Positions 26,680-40,748 of a stretch of 64,000 nt of DNA are shown here, piece after piece. Each line of letters begins with the position of its first letter. Position 1 is the stretch's first letter. The notes beneath the pieces are model-generated. The model was given only the letters and a program-made list of their open reading frames with translations. It was not told the origin of the DNA and searched no databases. The translations under genes and the position numbers were made by a program. The stretch comes from Octopus bimaculoides (taxonomy: Eukaryota). The DNA lies in contig NC_068984.1 of NCBI RefSeq assembly GCF_001194135.2, positions 90,831,174 to 90,895,173 of the forward strand, written 5' to 3'.

Positions 26680-27200
26680 TTATCATCATCATCGTCATTT
26701 AATATCCATCTTCCATAGTAGCATGGGTTGGATGTTTGGACAGCAGCTGGTGATTCAGAGAGTTGCAACAGGCTCTATTGTCTGCTTTGGCATGGTTTCT
26801 ACAGTTGGATGCCCTTTCTTATGTCAACCACTTTACAGAATGTACTTGCTTTTTAAGTGGCACCTGCACTAGTACTTTTTACATGATACCAGCATCAGTG
26901 GGGTCACAAAGTAACTTGCAAGACAATGACCCTTCAACAGGGAAGGGGGGTAGTATTGATGGAGGTGACTTTGAGCCAGTTGGGAAGTTAACCTATAATA
27001 GAGGGATAGAGATAAATGTCTTACTATAGAAGAGATACTTGGCTACCCCGTAGGAAAAAGAGGGTAATAAGGGATAGAGAAAGATAGAGAGACAGAGAAA
27101 TAAATGGTGTTGGAGATTCAGTGGAACCTACACACAAGGTAGAATGGAGAAAATATAAGAGGTACAGAGGGGATGGGGTAGGAGGTTTCATAAGAGTGTT
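26680..27200 (-). mobile_element. Dispersed retro-repeat with RTE-like tail
   Basis: CATCATCATCGTCATTTAATATCCATCTTCCATAGTAGCATGGGTTGG is an inverted RTE tail, followed by a purine-rich body. Confidence 0.6.
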
Positions 27201-27639
27201 AGGGGAGATATGTAGAGATAGTAAAGAGGTAACTGTAGCAAGTGATGAGAGAAACTGCAGTAGGATAAAGGTTCAATTCCAAAGTTAAATATTCTATAAG
27301 ACGACTTTTTTTTTTGTTATCATTAGTTGAATGTTTTGATAGCTTTATATTGCATTCGTACAACTCATTGACAATTATATAATAGTGTTTCAAAGTTTTA
27401 TATAAATATAGGTGTACAAGAAAAAAAACAAAAATAGATATAATGAAATAGAAAAGCAAACAGTGACATATTTGTCCAAAAAGTTGGACATATTGAGTAA
27501 CATTTAAATGTTTTTCATCAGAGAAGTTTATTCAAACTGGCATGGTTTTGCTCAGTAAGGACATGACCATTTATTGTGCAGTATAATTATTCTACTGTAT
27601 AGGCAGGTCCCAAACCTAAACAGCCAAAGCTGTTTATAG

Positions 27640-27842
27640 TCAGTAATGGCAAAGCATCCATGCCAGTGACATGTAAATGTACCAGTGCTGGTGACAAGCA
27701 AAAGGCACACAGTACTCTCTCAGAGTGGTTGGAAGAGCATCCAGCTGTAGAAACTAAATCAAAATCAGACAATCTGGTGCAGCTCTCCAGCTTACCAGTT
27801 CCAGTCAAACTGGAAAGCAGACTTCAAATGATAATGATGATA
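27640..27842 (+). mobile_element. Degenerate RTE 3' end
   Basis: GAGTGGTTGGAAGAGCATCCAGCTGTAGAAAC...GATAATGATGAT. Confidence 0.7.
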
Positions 27843-30800
27843 AATTCCTACTTCAAAATGAGATTAATATACTACTTTTTTCCTCTTTCATGTGACATGT
27901 TTTTCTTCTATTTTTCATCAAGAGCAGTTTACATTTTTCTTTTCAGGTGAAAAACAATTATTGTTCAATGTAAAGCATAGGATGGAAGTTCCAATTAATG
28001 TTTAGCATTGTGTATTGTATTTATGAAAAGGATTTTCTCTTCTTTTTCCCCCCATCATCTTCAATATAAAGCAGAGGTTAAAAGTTCAAATCTTGAGGTA
28101 TTCCCAACTGTCTCTTTTTCCATAAATATGGTTTATTAAAAGAATGTTATGAAAGGTTAAAAAAGCGAAAGTGCACATTTTATTCATTTATCTAGTTCCT
28201 ATCCTGTAACTATACTATAGTATGGTACAGTCTAACTCATATACATCTATAGAAAGAACATGAAGTTATTTGTTTCCATGAGTGCTATTCTATATATAAT
28301 GGAAAAACTGATATCTAGCATAGAGAAACAAAAAGAAAAATTTAAATTTAAAAAAAAAAAAAAAGGAACCATAATATTAATACTTCTCACACATTACCTG
28401 AATATTGAAAATAGAAATTCTCTTATAGAGATTTTCTATATTCATTTTTCTTTAACCCTGCTAAGATTATTATCAGTTTGAAGCTAAACAGTAGTAAGTA
28501 TGGAATTTACAAAATAACCTTTCCAAAATATTTCACAACTTTTAGTTTGTTGACATTATCTAATTAATTACAATGGATATTACTTCCTTGAGATTGTTGG
28601 CACTCTATTTGAAATAACTTCAGTAGCTGTTTTAACAGCTTATTTTATATAAATAACCTCTTAAATTAAACATTCTGCTTTTGTCGCATGGATAATAATA
28701 AATAAAGTGAAACTCTATCCTGATTAACATCAAAGAATATACGAAGGTAATATACACAATTTCTTAAAATGTTACAATAAATACAATTTTATCAATAAAT
28801 AATAATTTAAAAGCAATTATATTTGATAATCTGTTCACATTCATTAGTGATTTGATTACACAAAGTTAAAACTGAAATCAAAAGTATTGCAAATTAATAT
28901 CATTCTCTGTAAACAAAGAGACTCAAGAAAAAAAAAATCTATTTCAATTTTTAAATAAAATGATGAAAGATTAACAATAAATTGGAATTTTTTAAAAAAG
29001 GTAAACTCAGAATTTTCTAACTAGGAGAAAAAATTAACTCTAAAATGCTGGCAGAAGCCCAGATGCATCCAGACTAGTTGCAATCTGAACAACCATGCTT
29101 TATCTGTAACTTATCAGTTATGAATAGAAGATCTGCAGTAGGGGGAACATTGTCAAAGAATGTAGGCTGTTGAACTCATACCTACTTCTGCTAATATATT
29201 CTGTTTATGTACCACAAATCATATTTAAAACCAAGCACAGACATTAGCAGAGAGACTCATCATATTTAACTACACAAAATATAAGCACCAAGTTATTCAG
29301 GTCAATTTCATAACTTGTCTCTTAATATATCAATACACCTTCAAATATATTAAAAAAATTTTTGTCTTCCTTTAAAACCAAAACAAATTAGTTTTTTCTC
29401 CTGCCTATCTTCACATAATCGAGTTTATTCAATAGATTTTTCACTGACCATTAAAAAAAAATGGAATCTATCAAATCAACAATTCTAATTCCATATTTTT
29501 CATCATGAACAGATTACTACTGTAATCATTACTAACCTGTTTACAGTTATATTACTAAAAAATCCCATTTCTTTAGAATTATGCAAAACTTTTGACAAGT
29601 ATACAAGCTATGAGTATTATTAAGTTATGTTTCTCAGATGAACTGAAACTAAGTAAATATCACATCTGTAAGTCACGAGATATCAGTTTTAAAACTACTC
29701 TGTTCTTTGAAGGATCTATATTGTTGATGTGAATGACCTTTGCTAATATGCTAACATGTGGAATTATTTTTCAGTACTAATTTAGTACTGAGCAAGGAGC
29801 ATAAACTATCTATTCAATTCATTGTACCAGACAAACAACTGAAGTGTAACTCCTACTTTTGCTTATAATTGTTTTCATGACATTCAGCTTTTGAAAACAA
29901 TACAACACAAAAATCACATACACACATGTACACCAGTATTAATGTTAATGCTGGGTTTGTTGTTATAAAACTATAAATAACAAACATTTACTAATAATAA
30001 GACTTACTACTTTTAGTAGAGTTAAATTTATTATACATTATATAGATTTAGGACAAGTTTTGCCTCTTTCAGCTTACAATTTATTCAACCAGTGATCAAA
30101 ATATAGAATTTTGATAAGCTGAAAGAAGTAAATTTAAAACTCTCAGTTAAACTCAATATGTATTATAATTTATACACATTTATATATACATTTAGTCAAA
30201 CAAGTAGACTTTTTGAGCCAACATAGGAGCCCCAATGCAATTTCTTGGTCTGCAAGAAATAGGAACCAAATCCCCTTCAAATCATTTCCTGCCATAGTGC
30301 ACAAGATAACATTGCAAATTTCTCTAAGTCTGTTTGAGAAACAATCAATGCCCATACCTTCCAACAGTAAATATGCCACTTCTTACACATGTTTCATACA
30401 ATCTGTTTCTCACATATGGAGAAAAAAAAAACAAAACAACCTTTGTAGCCAATCAGTGGTGAGTTATCTAATTTTTTTTTCATCCCTTATTCATTCTGGC
30501 TACTATACTTTCACAGTATCCATATCTAGCCTATATAAAGTCAGTTAGGTCACAGAAATTAACTACAAAATCTAGTGAGTTGAGTAATTCATAGGTAAAT
30601 CTACAATTACATCTGAACATCTATAACATCTAATTCACTCTGTACCTGTTAATTTTTAATATATTTTTATACGGAGAGTACATTATATGATATCTCTTAT
30701 ATAGCATTGTATTTCTATATGATGTTATTTAACAAATGTAAAGTGTGAAGGCAGAAGACTTGCAGCAATTATAAAGGAACCAACGGGTAGGTGTGGAAAA

Positions 30801-31004
30801 TCTGAAGGTGATGATAATCATTCAATTTTATAGATAATTACTTGCATCAAACGGAATGGAAAAATATCAATTGAGCAAATGCACGTTGTTCTTTATCAAT
30901 TAAAAAATAATATACAGCTATGTGCATACATATACATGTACACACACATGCATATGTACATACACATACATATAAACACACACACACACATGTACATACA
31001 CATA

Positions 31005-32218
31005 CAGGGGTTGGACAAAATAATGGAAACACCTTACAATTCCAAACAAATTTATTACACCTTGAATTCTATGAGGTATGAACTCGTACAAAGTTTGAAT
31101 TGTTTCCAAAGGAATTTTTGTCCATTCTTCAGCTAAAACAGTCTCCAGTTCTTGTAGTGATGATGGTGGAGGATATTGATCCTTATTTGTTTTCCTAAAA
31201 TGCACCATAAGCTTTCAATAATACTGAGATCTGGGGGCTGTGGTGGCCAGATAAGATGTTCAACTTCACTAGAATGTTCCTCATGCTATTCAGTAACAAC
31301 TGTGTGAATTGGTGCATTAACATCCTGAAACACTACGTCTCCCTCTGGAAACAGTTCCGCAACCATAGGATGAATTTGATCAGATAAAATGCTCAGATAG
31401 TCTTGACTATTAGTTCTGCCGTGAAGAGAAACCATTGGCCAGCAGATTTCCAAGATATAGCCTCCCAGATCATCACAGATCCTCCTCCATGTTTAACAGT
31501 TGGAAGACGGCAGTCTGGGTCAAATGCTTCTTTTGGCTGTCTCCACACGAATACTCAGCTGGGGGTTGGAAATAAGGTAAAGGATGACCTGTCTGAGAAA
31601 ATGACACTCTTCCACTGCTCTAGGGACCAATTCTGTAGGCTTTTACTCCACTCTAAATACTTTGCAATGTTTGTTTCTTGAAGTAGTGGTTTTCCTATGA
31701 AATCTGGCTTTGTGCAACTCTTGGCGAACACTTTTTGTGGAAACTGAGTTCTTGAGGTTGTCATTAAGCTATGCAGTAATTTTGGGAGCTGTCCTTTTGT
31801 GATCCTTTCTAACAATTTGTGTAAGAGTCCGACGGTGGTCCCTATCTGAAAGTTTTGGTTTCCTTCTGGAGTTTTGCTTTGATGAGGAGGTTTTCCCCTC
31901 TTTCTCAAAGGCTGTCATTACTTTCGAGACAGTACTTCTTGATACACCAAACACTTCAGGTGTCTTTGTTATGCTAGCGCCTGCCATACGAGCACCAACA
32001 ATTTGACCTCTTTGAAAGTCCAATAAATCTGTTATTTTAATGAATTTTAATTACCTTTTTCTGATGATATCTGAAAAACAGCAATTTTAGCAAAACATTA
32101 AGCAACACTAATAATAAATCAAAAACCATAAAAATAAACAATCTTTTGATGGTTTTATAGATATTTCAAAATTATGATGCTATGATGCTGGGTGTTTCCA
32201 TTATTTTGTCAACCTCTG
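31005..32218 (-). mobile_element. Tc1-family DNA transposon with both TIRs; transposase disrupted
   Basis: TA|CAGGGGTTGGACAAAATAATGGAAACACC ... GGTGTTTCCATTATTTTGTCAACCTCTG|TA, 1214 bp. Translation includes FQRGQIVGARMAGAS..., VIFSDRSSFTLFP and PPPSSLQELETVLAEEW. Confidence 0.95.
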
Positions 32219-32339
32219 TATAAAGACACACACATGCATGCATGCATAGGTACATACACATACATATATAAAACCACATACATATATATACAGACAGACA
32301 GACAGACATACATTTATATATACATATATATATATACAC

Positions 32340-33260
32340 AGACATCATCATCACTATCCTTTAATCGCCATATTCCATGCTGACATACACTGGACAGTTT
32401 GACAGGGTCCAGCAATCCACAGTTTACATCATTACAATGTTAAGTTTGGTATGATGGTTCCTACAAAGAGATGTCTTTCCTAACACCAACCACTTTACAA
32501 ACTGGGTGCTTTTCTTGTGTCACTAACATTAGTGATGTCACCAAGTAACTTTCAAAGCAAGAATAGGAAAAGCCTTTTCAACTAAGTGTGGGGAGTATCT
32601 GAGATGGGGGACATGGCTTTATGCCAGGTAATGAAAGTACGATAGAGAGACAAGTGCAGGTGTCTTGTTATAGAGAAGATACAGGGTTACCCCACATTTT
32701 ATATGGGTAGGTGAGAGTAGATAAGAAGGCAGTGATGGGGTGCCAGAGCAAACCCTCAAGGTACATAAGAGAGGATACAGACAGTGGATCAGGGGCTAGT
32801 TTCATAAGCGTGTGAAAGAAGAATGACAGATAGTTTGAAATGGGGGCAGGGGTGAATGTAAGTGAATGATGAACAAAGGTGGAGGTGCAGTTGATAGAAA
32901 ATACCTGTATAGAGAAGAGGTAAGACAGGAGACAGAAATGGTTCAGGAGGCAGGATAGATAAGAATGTAGAGAGATGCTGCGCATGGGGAGGAAGATGTG
33001 GAGGTACATAAGGATGGCTATAGTGAGTGGGGCATGCAAGCAGATATAAGAGAGTGTTGAAAATGATGGTGGATATGAGAGATGTCAAAATGAAGTATGG
33101 CAGAGAAGAGAGAGACATAACTGAAGGCACAGAAAAGAAGTGAACAGTGAAAACATAGTGGGAAAGAATGATGATTGAGAATGAGGGATGAAGCAAACCA
33201 ACGAGTTTGAACTGCATCCATCAGTCCAATAGAGGGCACCCTGAGCTAACTATGGTGCTC
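32340..33260 (-). mobile_element. Dispersed retro-repeat with RTE-like tail
   Basis: Inverted tail (CATCATCA..TATTCCATGCTG) followed by a long purine-rich body; the mirror image of 58620-59390. Confidence 0.55.
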
Positions 33261-34620
33261 TAACACCTTTTTGTCTTAAATGAGAATTTTATCTCCACAA
33301 ACAGGTTCAAATATCTGTGAAACATATTTGACCTGATCTTAAGTTTATTTTCTGTCACTGCCTTGCACATCTATTCACACACACACTTTATAAATGGTTA
33401 GTCAAACAACTTACAATGTACATTCCTACTCAGTATTCAGTTAACTAAATGGCTTTCCAGTAATTCCACAAAATTCAAACTGAACAATGCCATGTCAAGA
33501 GGACAAAGAAATGGAGACATAACTATATTAGTAGATGAGCATGGTAGGTTGCATATGCAATATGAACTTGTGAAATATGTGATGAAAATATTTATGATAT
33601 ATTTAGTGTATATGAGACAACAATGGTGAAACAGAAATGCAATGCATATAGTTTCAATCTAATCATTAAAACAGACATAAAACTATTAGCTTAGAAATGA
33701 TTGCTTTATATCTGAGAAGTAAACTTTTTTGAAATGCAAGTGGAAGTTAAAGCTAATAAACTACCCAAATCAACATACTGAATTTGCCCAAGAAGAGATG
33801 ACCAGGACTACCCAACAGCAACAACTACCTTTATCTATGTTGGGTAAAATTTAACTGTCACAGGACTCTCCACTTACTTTTCTTTTTTATTTAGTTGCTC
33901 ATATTTTTGTTTGCTTCCTAAAATTTCACTGCATTTTATATCAATTCTCTAAGAATACCTTTACACTTTCTATTTGCATTTATCCCCTCTTTCAACTACA
34001 AAAGAAATTAATATATTTTTTTTTTTTTGCTTCTAAAAGGTATCATAAATAAGGATAATCCTAAAATTCACAAGATATTAAAAACCAACATTGTCACAAA
34101 GGAAATATTACTTTGAAAAGGTATTTCCAAAACTTTTACAGTTTATTTTATCACAACAAAAAGATGACCTGCTTATTATACAGGTCTCTTTCTCTCTCTC
34201 TCTCTAGTAAATAAGTAGTTGACTAACAGTTTCTGAAGATTTTACTCCTATCTTGAAATCTATCAACTTTCTTGTTCCTAGTTCAATAGTAACCATTTTA
34301 AAAACCATTTCACATATTTTAAAGCAGCCTGCCTTTCAAAAGTTCAATCTTTTGAAAACTGGAAGCTAAGTTTCAACATTATTTCTGAGTACATGAATAG
34401 ACAAAAAAAAAATTCATCTGTTGTTGACCAAATTATTTATCTTGTTGCCCATAACAGTTTAATTTACAGATAACATTATATCACTAAAACAATCTTAAAT
34501 GCTGTTTATCAAAAGTATTTTAACACTACTGGCTTTTCATAAAACCTGCCACACTAAACCGTAGTTGTAATTTATATATAAGCAAAATTAATGTAAATAA
34601 AAATGCTCAAAACTACGCAT

Positions 34621-34657
<37 letters not shown>

Positions 34658-34962
34658 TTTACACGATTCAAACAGAGCATACCAGTACAAAGACATGATA
34701 TCATCAATTGGGGAATTCCTTTTCGGCAACAGTTGTCTGGAATGTAGACCAGATAGAATGAGGTTCTTTTTCAAATAAAGTTATTACGAAGGTAAAATCC
34801 CACTAAACAACCAATTATATTTACACGTCATACTCAACACTGGAACTGTGCACATGTACTAAAATAAAGAGAAAGTAATGAACTAACTTGAATGTTACTT
34901 GATCATCGCTAACGGAGGAGGGTTGAGAGGACAGATAATACTATTTTTTAAAAAGAAATTAC

Positions 34963-34978
34963 CTCTCATGGGGATCAT
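34963..34978 (-). CDS. PFKFB: Candidate PFKFB alternative first coding exon 1B (MIPMR)
   Basis: CAACTCC-ATG ATC CCC ATG AGA G|gtaatt. Phase 1 is compatible with exon 2, and it lies in the CpG-retaining region. Confidence 0.5.
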
Positions 34979-35573
34979 GGAGTTGCGATATGCCTTTTTT
35001 TTTCTTTGAGCACATTAATGATGTTTGTGGTGCGAGAAATATTTTTCATTTCATTAAAAGAACGGAAAAACAATTTACATAATTTATGCATGTTGTGATT
35101 GCACACGTGCAATGAAATTATTTCGAATCTCTAAAACATTTTTACACTATCCAGGTCACGAAAGAGGAGCGAGGGAAGAGGAGGTTCGTCTAGTCGATAA
35201 CAAAACAAGAATATAACTGAAAGCAAAATTCCTATTCAGTACCTATTGCAAGTACAGAAATTAAGAAATAATAGAAACGCTTTCAAGGAAATCCATATTA
35301 GTAGTCAATATAATTTATAGAATGTGACAAACATGAATCTTAAATACAAATCGAATGTAAGTCACATCTGTAACCATTATTTACAAGTAACAAGTAATCA
35401 ATGGTAACGAAGAAACCATGTAAACATTGAAGCAATTTATACAACTACAATGCATTAATAACTGTTGATTAACTGAATTCAAAACTGACAAGTAACTGCG
35501 ACGAAAACATCTGAACATGTAAAGTAAGGCATTGGATAAAAATAAACAAAGAATGAAAGTTTTAAATATTTAC

Positions 35574-35610
35574 CTGTTCCCCACCGACAAGCATCGTATT
35601 CTAAGCCCAT
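35574..35610 (-). CDS. PFKFB: Candidate PFKFB first coding exon 1A (MGLEYDACRWGT)
   Basis: TTCATC-ATG start, 12 codons plus G, then a gtaaat donor. Phase 1 matches exon 2. It lies in the CpG-retaining region. No homology was verified. Confidence 0.55.
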
Positions 35611-35853
35611 GATGAATCTGTTCACAGCGAGTGAAGCAGATGAAGGAATTAGGGTGGTTTCGAGCGAACGTGAGAAAGTAAATGGGACGACGAAAAGATA
35701 CAGACACTTATAGTAAAAGGATAAGAATGGACAGCTGTATCTCAGCAAGATTATTAAAACATTGCCATAGTTGTACTTGATAGCAACAGAGGTCGAAGAG
35801 GGAGAGAGTGTGACCCAAGCAACTTCAGCAACTGTTTACATACACACACACAC

Positions 35854-35896
<43 letters not shown>

Positions 35897-35994
35897 NNNN
35901 NNNNNNNNNNNNNNNNNNNNNNNNNNNNNNNNNNNNNNNNNNNNNNNNNNNNNNNNNNNNNNNNNNNNNNNNNNNNNNNNNNNNNNNNNTATAT

Positions 35995-36049
<55 letters not shown>

Positions 36050-39000
36050 ACACAAACCAGTTGATATGAAATGAAAAGCTGAGTAATGTTACAGCAGTTG
36101 CCACTACAGCTGGGAGTTGACGATAAAGAAGGCGGGGTAAAAAGAAAAAATAGGAGGAGGGGTACAGAGAGGACGAGAAAGAAACATGAGAAAGAAAGCA
36201 AAGGGCTTAAAACCGAAGACTGAGATGTATTAGCTAGAGATTCTTCATTTCGTAAATGTAGCGATGATGTAAATGTACACACACAAAAAAAAAAAACAGG
36301 CGATTACATTAACACCTTTGTATATTTTTTTTTAAACTAGTTTAGGTAACATGGTTTTTCGCATTTACCAAAACATACACACAACACACGTTATGTACAT
36401 TCAACTTTTCAGTAATTAATAAACTTCAATTTTCTTATAAGATTAACTGCAGAAAGATTTTTGACCAAGTGGAAAACAACCTCTGCTACATTGCCTGTAG
36501 ACAGATGTTAATCGCACTTTTATATATAATGTATTAAACACACGTAGTAATTAAATCACGTCGGAAAGGTTGAATAATATTTTGCTAAGGAAAGGGATCC
36601 AGAACGGTTTGTCAAAGCAAGAACAATAAGAAGGTCTGTGTAACAGCATATATTACGGAAAACAAGTGGGACACGCACGCTTCGTTGATAATATGCACAT
36701 GTAGCTTCTACTAATAAAGCACTGAAGATGATAAATAAACAAATTTTGAAACAATCAGTCTGTTAGCAAACGAAGAGGATATAGGTTTCCTGTGGAGTTT
36801 TAAACACATTTACTTATAACGTTATAACTGCAATTTTAATTTTATAAATATTTTGATACTGTTTTCGAATACGCTTCACAATCACTCGTTGAATAATAGT
36901 TTGTAAAAAGTAAAGTGAGTAAAGCTTTAGCAGGTCAGAAACAGGTACGAATTTGAAGATCAGTGATCATTAAGTAAGAAACATGCTTTTTATTTAAAAG
37001 GTAATTTGACTTTATTATACCGACAATATGAACAAATCAGGTAAGTAATACAGAATATACTTCTTACGAATGTATTTCCAATTTCAAGTTATAAATATGT
37101 ATCTTTGAAAACAAAAATACATTAAATTATACATACATATAATATATATATTACATATAAGTTCAACATACACATGTAGTGTTTTTTTTTGTTTTTTTCT
37201 GGAGTCATTGGGTGTTCCAAGTGTGTTTTCAAAAATAAATTTCAGACATTAAGGCGTATGATATGATCACGTTTTATTTTTGTGAAATATCGTATTAGCT
37301 TTATCACTCCTGGTCAAATTCATGGTCGCAGATACTTTATTAGTATCCTGTGAAATAATCTCTTAAATATACAACTGCAACTCACAAAGTAACAATCACA
37401 TTCACTGATTTTCAATATTTTTTATGCATGGAGTACAAAATTATCCAGCACTTGAAATATCTATGAAGACATGAATTAAATATGTATATTTGGCGTTCAG
37501 TTGTCTCAAATTCTATTCTTTGTTACAGTTGTTGTTTAGCCCAAGGTCAATCTTGATCGAGCTGGTCTATGATCAAAAGCGTTCCATGACAACATTATTC
37601 AAATGCCTTTGGCTGGTATTTCTAGCAAGTCGTGCGATCACGTCGAGGCTCCCATACACTCATTTTTAACTTTCTAAAAATGCGACAGTATCAACTATGT
37701 GCGCTTTATTGTTTCCTAAAACATTTTTTTATGAAGCGATTTTAGAGTAAATTTTTTTTTAATGATTTATCTAAAAACAATAACTGTTTCCTGCTATTAC
37801 ATTTTATTGGAATTTCGAAGGCATTAAATTAATCAGCTTTTTCTTACGACACACAATGCAAAAACATTCGCAGAAAGATATTTTAAAATTGCGTGTTGTT
37901 CGTCAATAATCTAAGGTAATACCTTAAAAAAAAAAAACATTTAATTAGTTATGGTTTTGCTGGAGCACCCACTTAATGTAAACAAATAATACTTATTCAT
38001 AATTATGAGAATGTCGACTTGGTAAGCTTAACGACTTATTCGACCTTGAGCCAAGATAAGAAGACTTGGCAAGGTTAAGGCTATTTCATAATCGAAGTGT
38101 CACACAGAAAGGCGGGGCCAACGTGTTAGCAGAAATCTTGTGAAATGCAAACTAGGTTAATATTTGTCATCCTTTGTCTGAATTAAATTAGGAGTAGCAT
38201 ATTCTGAGTGATATACTAAAGAATTTCTTAATTTTAAAAAGATCTTACAAGAGTTATAAAATAAACTCGCATTAAAAAAAAAAAAAAGATTCTAATATCC
38301 TACAGATTCGTAGGTGCTATTGACAAGCTTATTTTAACGATGGCTCAGTTGCACCGATCTAAAAAAAACAAAAAACATGTTGCTAACATAGCTTTTCACA
38401 TGTTTGTGCAAGAAAGGAAAAGGAATTTGTTGCGTAATGTTTTTGTTCTTTATAAGTTTATGTACTGCAAGTAGCATTATAATTGCTTTTATAATGTTAA
38501 AAGACAGAAAAAGGTTTTCATAAGTCAAGGTGCGCATGAGCATGTTGTTCTTATACTGAGGTATAATATTCTCATCAAACCATTTATGTATTCATTTGAC
38601 CTTAAAAAAAAAGACAAGTTAAAAAATTATGGTTACATACCAAATAGAACTCATGCAACAGAGAATTTGAGGTATTCTCAAAGATCACTCTCCTAAAAAT
38701 GATAACACACTGCTCGCTTAAAATAAACGTTTTATAACCTTCAACTTCTTGACTTAATGTGAAAATGTGTTTCTTGAGATTTTAAGCTGTCTAAATTTCT
38801 GTTATATTATTAACATTGAATTGCTGCAAGCATACGAAGTTAAAACGCCCCACTGACTATGTAAAAACCATTTACGTTGACACTTTTTTTTTTTACGACA
38901 GGCCACCCACTTTGTGAGAGTCTAAAAAAATCGATTTCTGTATTATCACAAGTATCTCTTTTATCAAAAGAGTGAGATTCAAAATAAGAGTAAATTCCTG

Positions 39001-39869
39001 AGCAACACAAGTCTTTGGCATACTCATATCATATTCAGTAGTACAGAAGGGAATATGGGAAAGTTCTTAGCAGCTTGAGTTCAGTTGATTTATTTCATTT
39101 AATTTACATATCATTGCTGAGAAAAACTACTCACTTAAAATTTATGTCTAAATGAAAATATCGTTTCCTCTGTTAGAATGGACTATGTCAAGTCTCAAAA
39201 GGATCAGGATCGTGACTTTTACTTCTGAAAGACGAAGCCATGAACCTCCATACAAACATCCAGCAAATTAGTTAAAATCCAGAAGCCAAGGATGATGGAG
39301 GGTTTCTGCATCAACAGAATGTAACCCATTGAAGTTGAAGAATTTTCAATTATATGAAGTAGATTTATTGTCAGGAGTGAAAAATCCAATGTTTTGGACT
39401 CTTGGAGTGTGTAAGTGACCTTCTTCTAGAGACAACTCCATGACATATTAATTAACTCTTCAATGGTTCAGGATGTCTGACAAGATGGTAGGTAATAATG
39501 CATATTAAATAGGAAAAATTATATACCCTATCATATCATGTAATACGCCATGTGCAAATAAACTACTATATGGTAGAAACATAGGTAGTATGAATTGAAC
39601 CAATGGCTATCCATCTTCATTTATTATATTTTCCCCCTTGGGATACATGCTACAAGTACTGATAGACTAGGCATACACATCAGTATTCCTTTGGAGTATT
39701 GTGCCAACCAAAGACAGACTGAAGCGCTACTGAGTGGATAACTAGTCATTTAGACCCCATCAATTCATTATATATATAAATAAATATGGATATATAATTA
39801 AGATTCAGTTGAATTATATACACACACACATATATATGTAAGTATGTACATATATATATGTATATATAT

Positions 39870-39882
39870 ATTTTATTTATAT

Positions 39883-39956
<74 letters not shown>
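39870..39956. repeat. Long (TA)n microsatellite
   Basis: Read directly. Similar (TA)n and (GA)n tracts flank most of the N gaps. Confidence 0.95.
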
Positions 39957-39958
<2 letters not shown>

Positions 39959-39964
39959 TTATAC

Positions 39965-40265
39965 ATGTTTTAGTCATTTGACTGTGGCCATGCTGGAGCA
40001 CCACCTTAAAGGGCTTTTTTAGTCAAAGAAATCAACCCCAGGACTTATCCTTTGTAAGCTTAATATTTATTCTATCAGACTCTTTTGCTGAACTGCTAAG
40101 TTATGGGGATGTAAACACACCAACATCGGTTGTCAAGCTATGGTGGGGGGGACAAACACACACACACATATATGTGTGTGTGTGTGTGTGTGTAGGATGG
40201 GCTTGTTTCAGTTTTGATCTACCAACTCCACTCACAAGGCTTTGGTGAGCTTGAAGCTATAGTAG
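39965..40265 (-). mobile_element. tRNA-derived SINE, partial
   Basis: AGTCATTTGACTGTGGCCATGCTGGAGCACC...CTCACAAGGCTTTGG. Confidence 0.85.
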
Positions 40266-40449
40266 CCACATATATATTATATATATATTTATACAAACAC
40301 CTATATATATCTAGGGAAGTTATATAAAAGACATGGGGTGAAGTACTGAAGGCTGATCTCAAAATGCTGAGCCTTACAAAGGAGATGACACAGGATTGAG
40401 GTATGTGGAGCATTGCTGTACTCAAGAAGACCCTCCCACCACCACAGAA

Positions 40450-40672
40450 TTGATATCTAAACCCAAAGTGTCACATAAAAAGCATTGGTGTAGATGCTGG
40501 TGCTAAAAAGCACCCAACACACTGTAAAGTCATTGGCTTTAGGAAGGGCATTCAGCTATACAAACCAAGCCAAAACAGACTATGGAACCTGGTGCAGCCC
40601 CTGGCCTTGCCAGTTCCTATCAAGCCGGCCAACCCATGTCAGCATGGAAAACAGATGTTAAATGTTGATGAT
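40450..40672 (+). mobile_element. RTE-like 3' tail fragment
   Basis: TTAGGAAGGGCATTCAGCTAT...AACCCATGTCAGCATGGAAAACAGATGTTAAATGTTGATG. Confidence 0.75.
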
Positions 40673-40748
40673 ATATGTGGACAAACGAAGTAAGGGCACT
40701 CAACCAATTTATTGGGAGTTACATGTATAGATCAAAACAATTTGATTC

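Larger units (their letters stand above)
34550..39000. promoter_or_regulatory. Putative promoter region of PFKFB (CpG-retaining, GC-box-like motifs)
   Basis: CpG dinucleotides look more frequent here than in the flanks (by eye, not counted). GGCGGGG motifs occur at about 36131 and 38111. The region surrounds both candidate first exons. Confidence 0.45.

Noticed and set aside
30170-30400. Minus-strand donor GAAG|gtatgg with short ORFs
   Set aside because: No convincing acceptor or ATG context and no homology.
39130-39480. Coding-like stretch with several ATGs
   Set aside because: Every frame examined has early stops and no recognisable motif.
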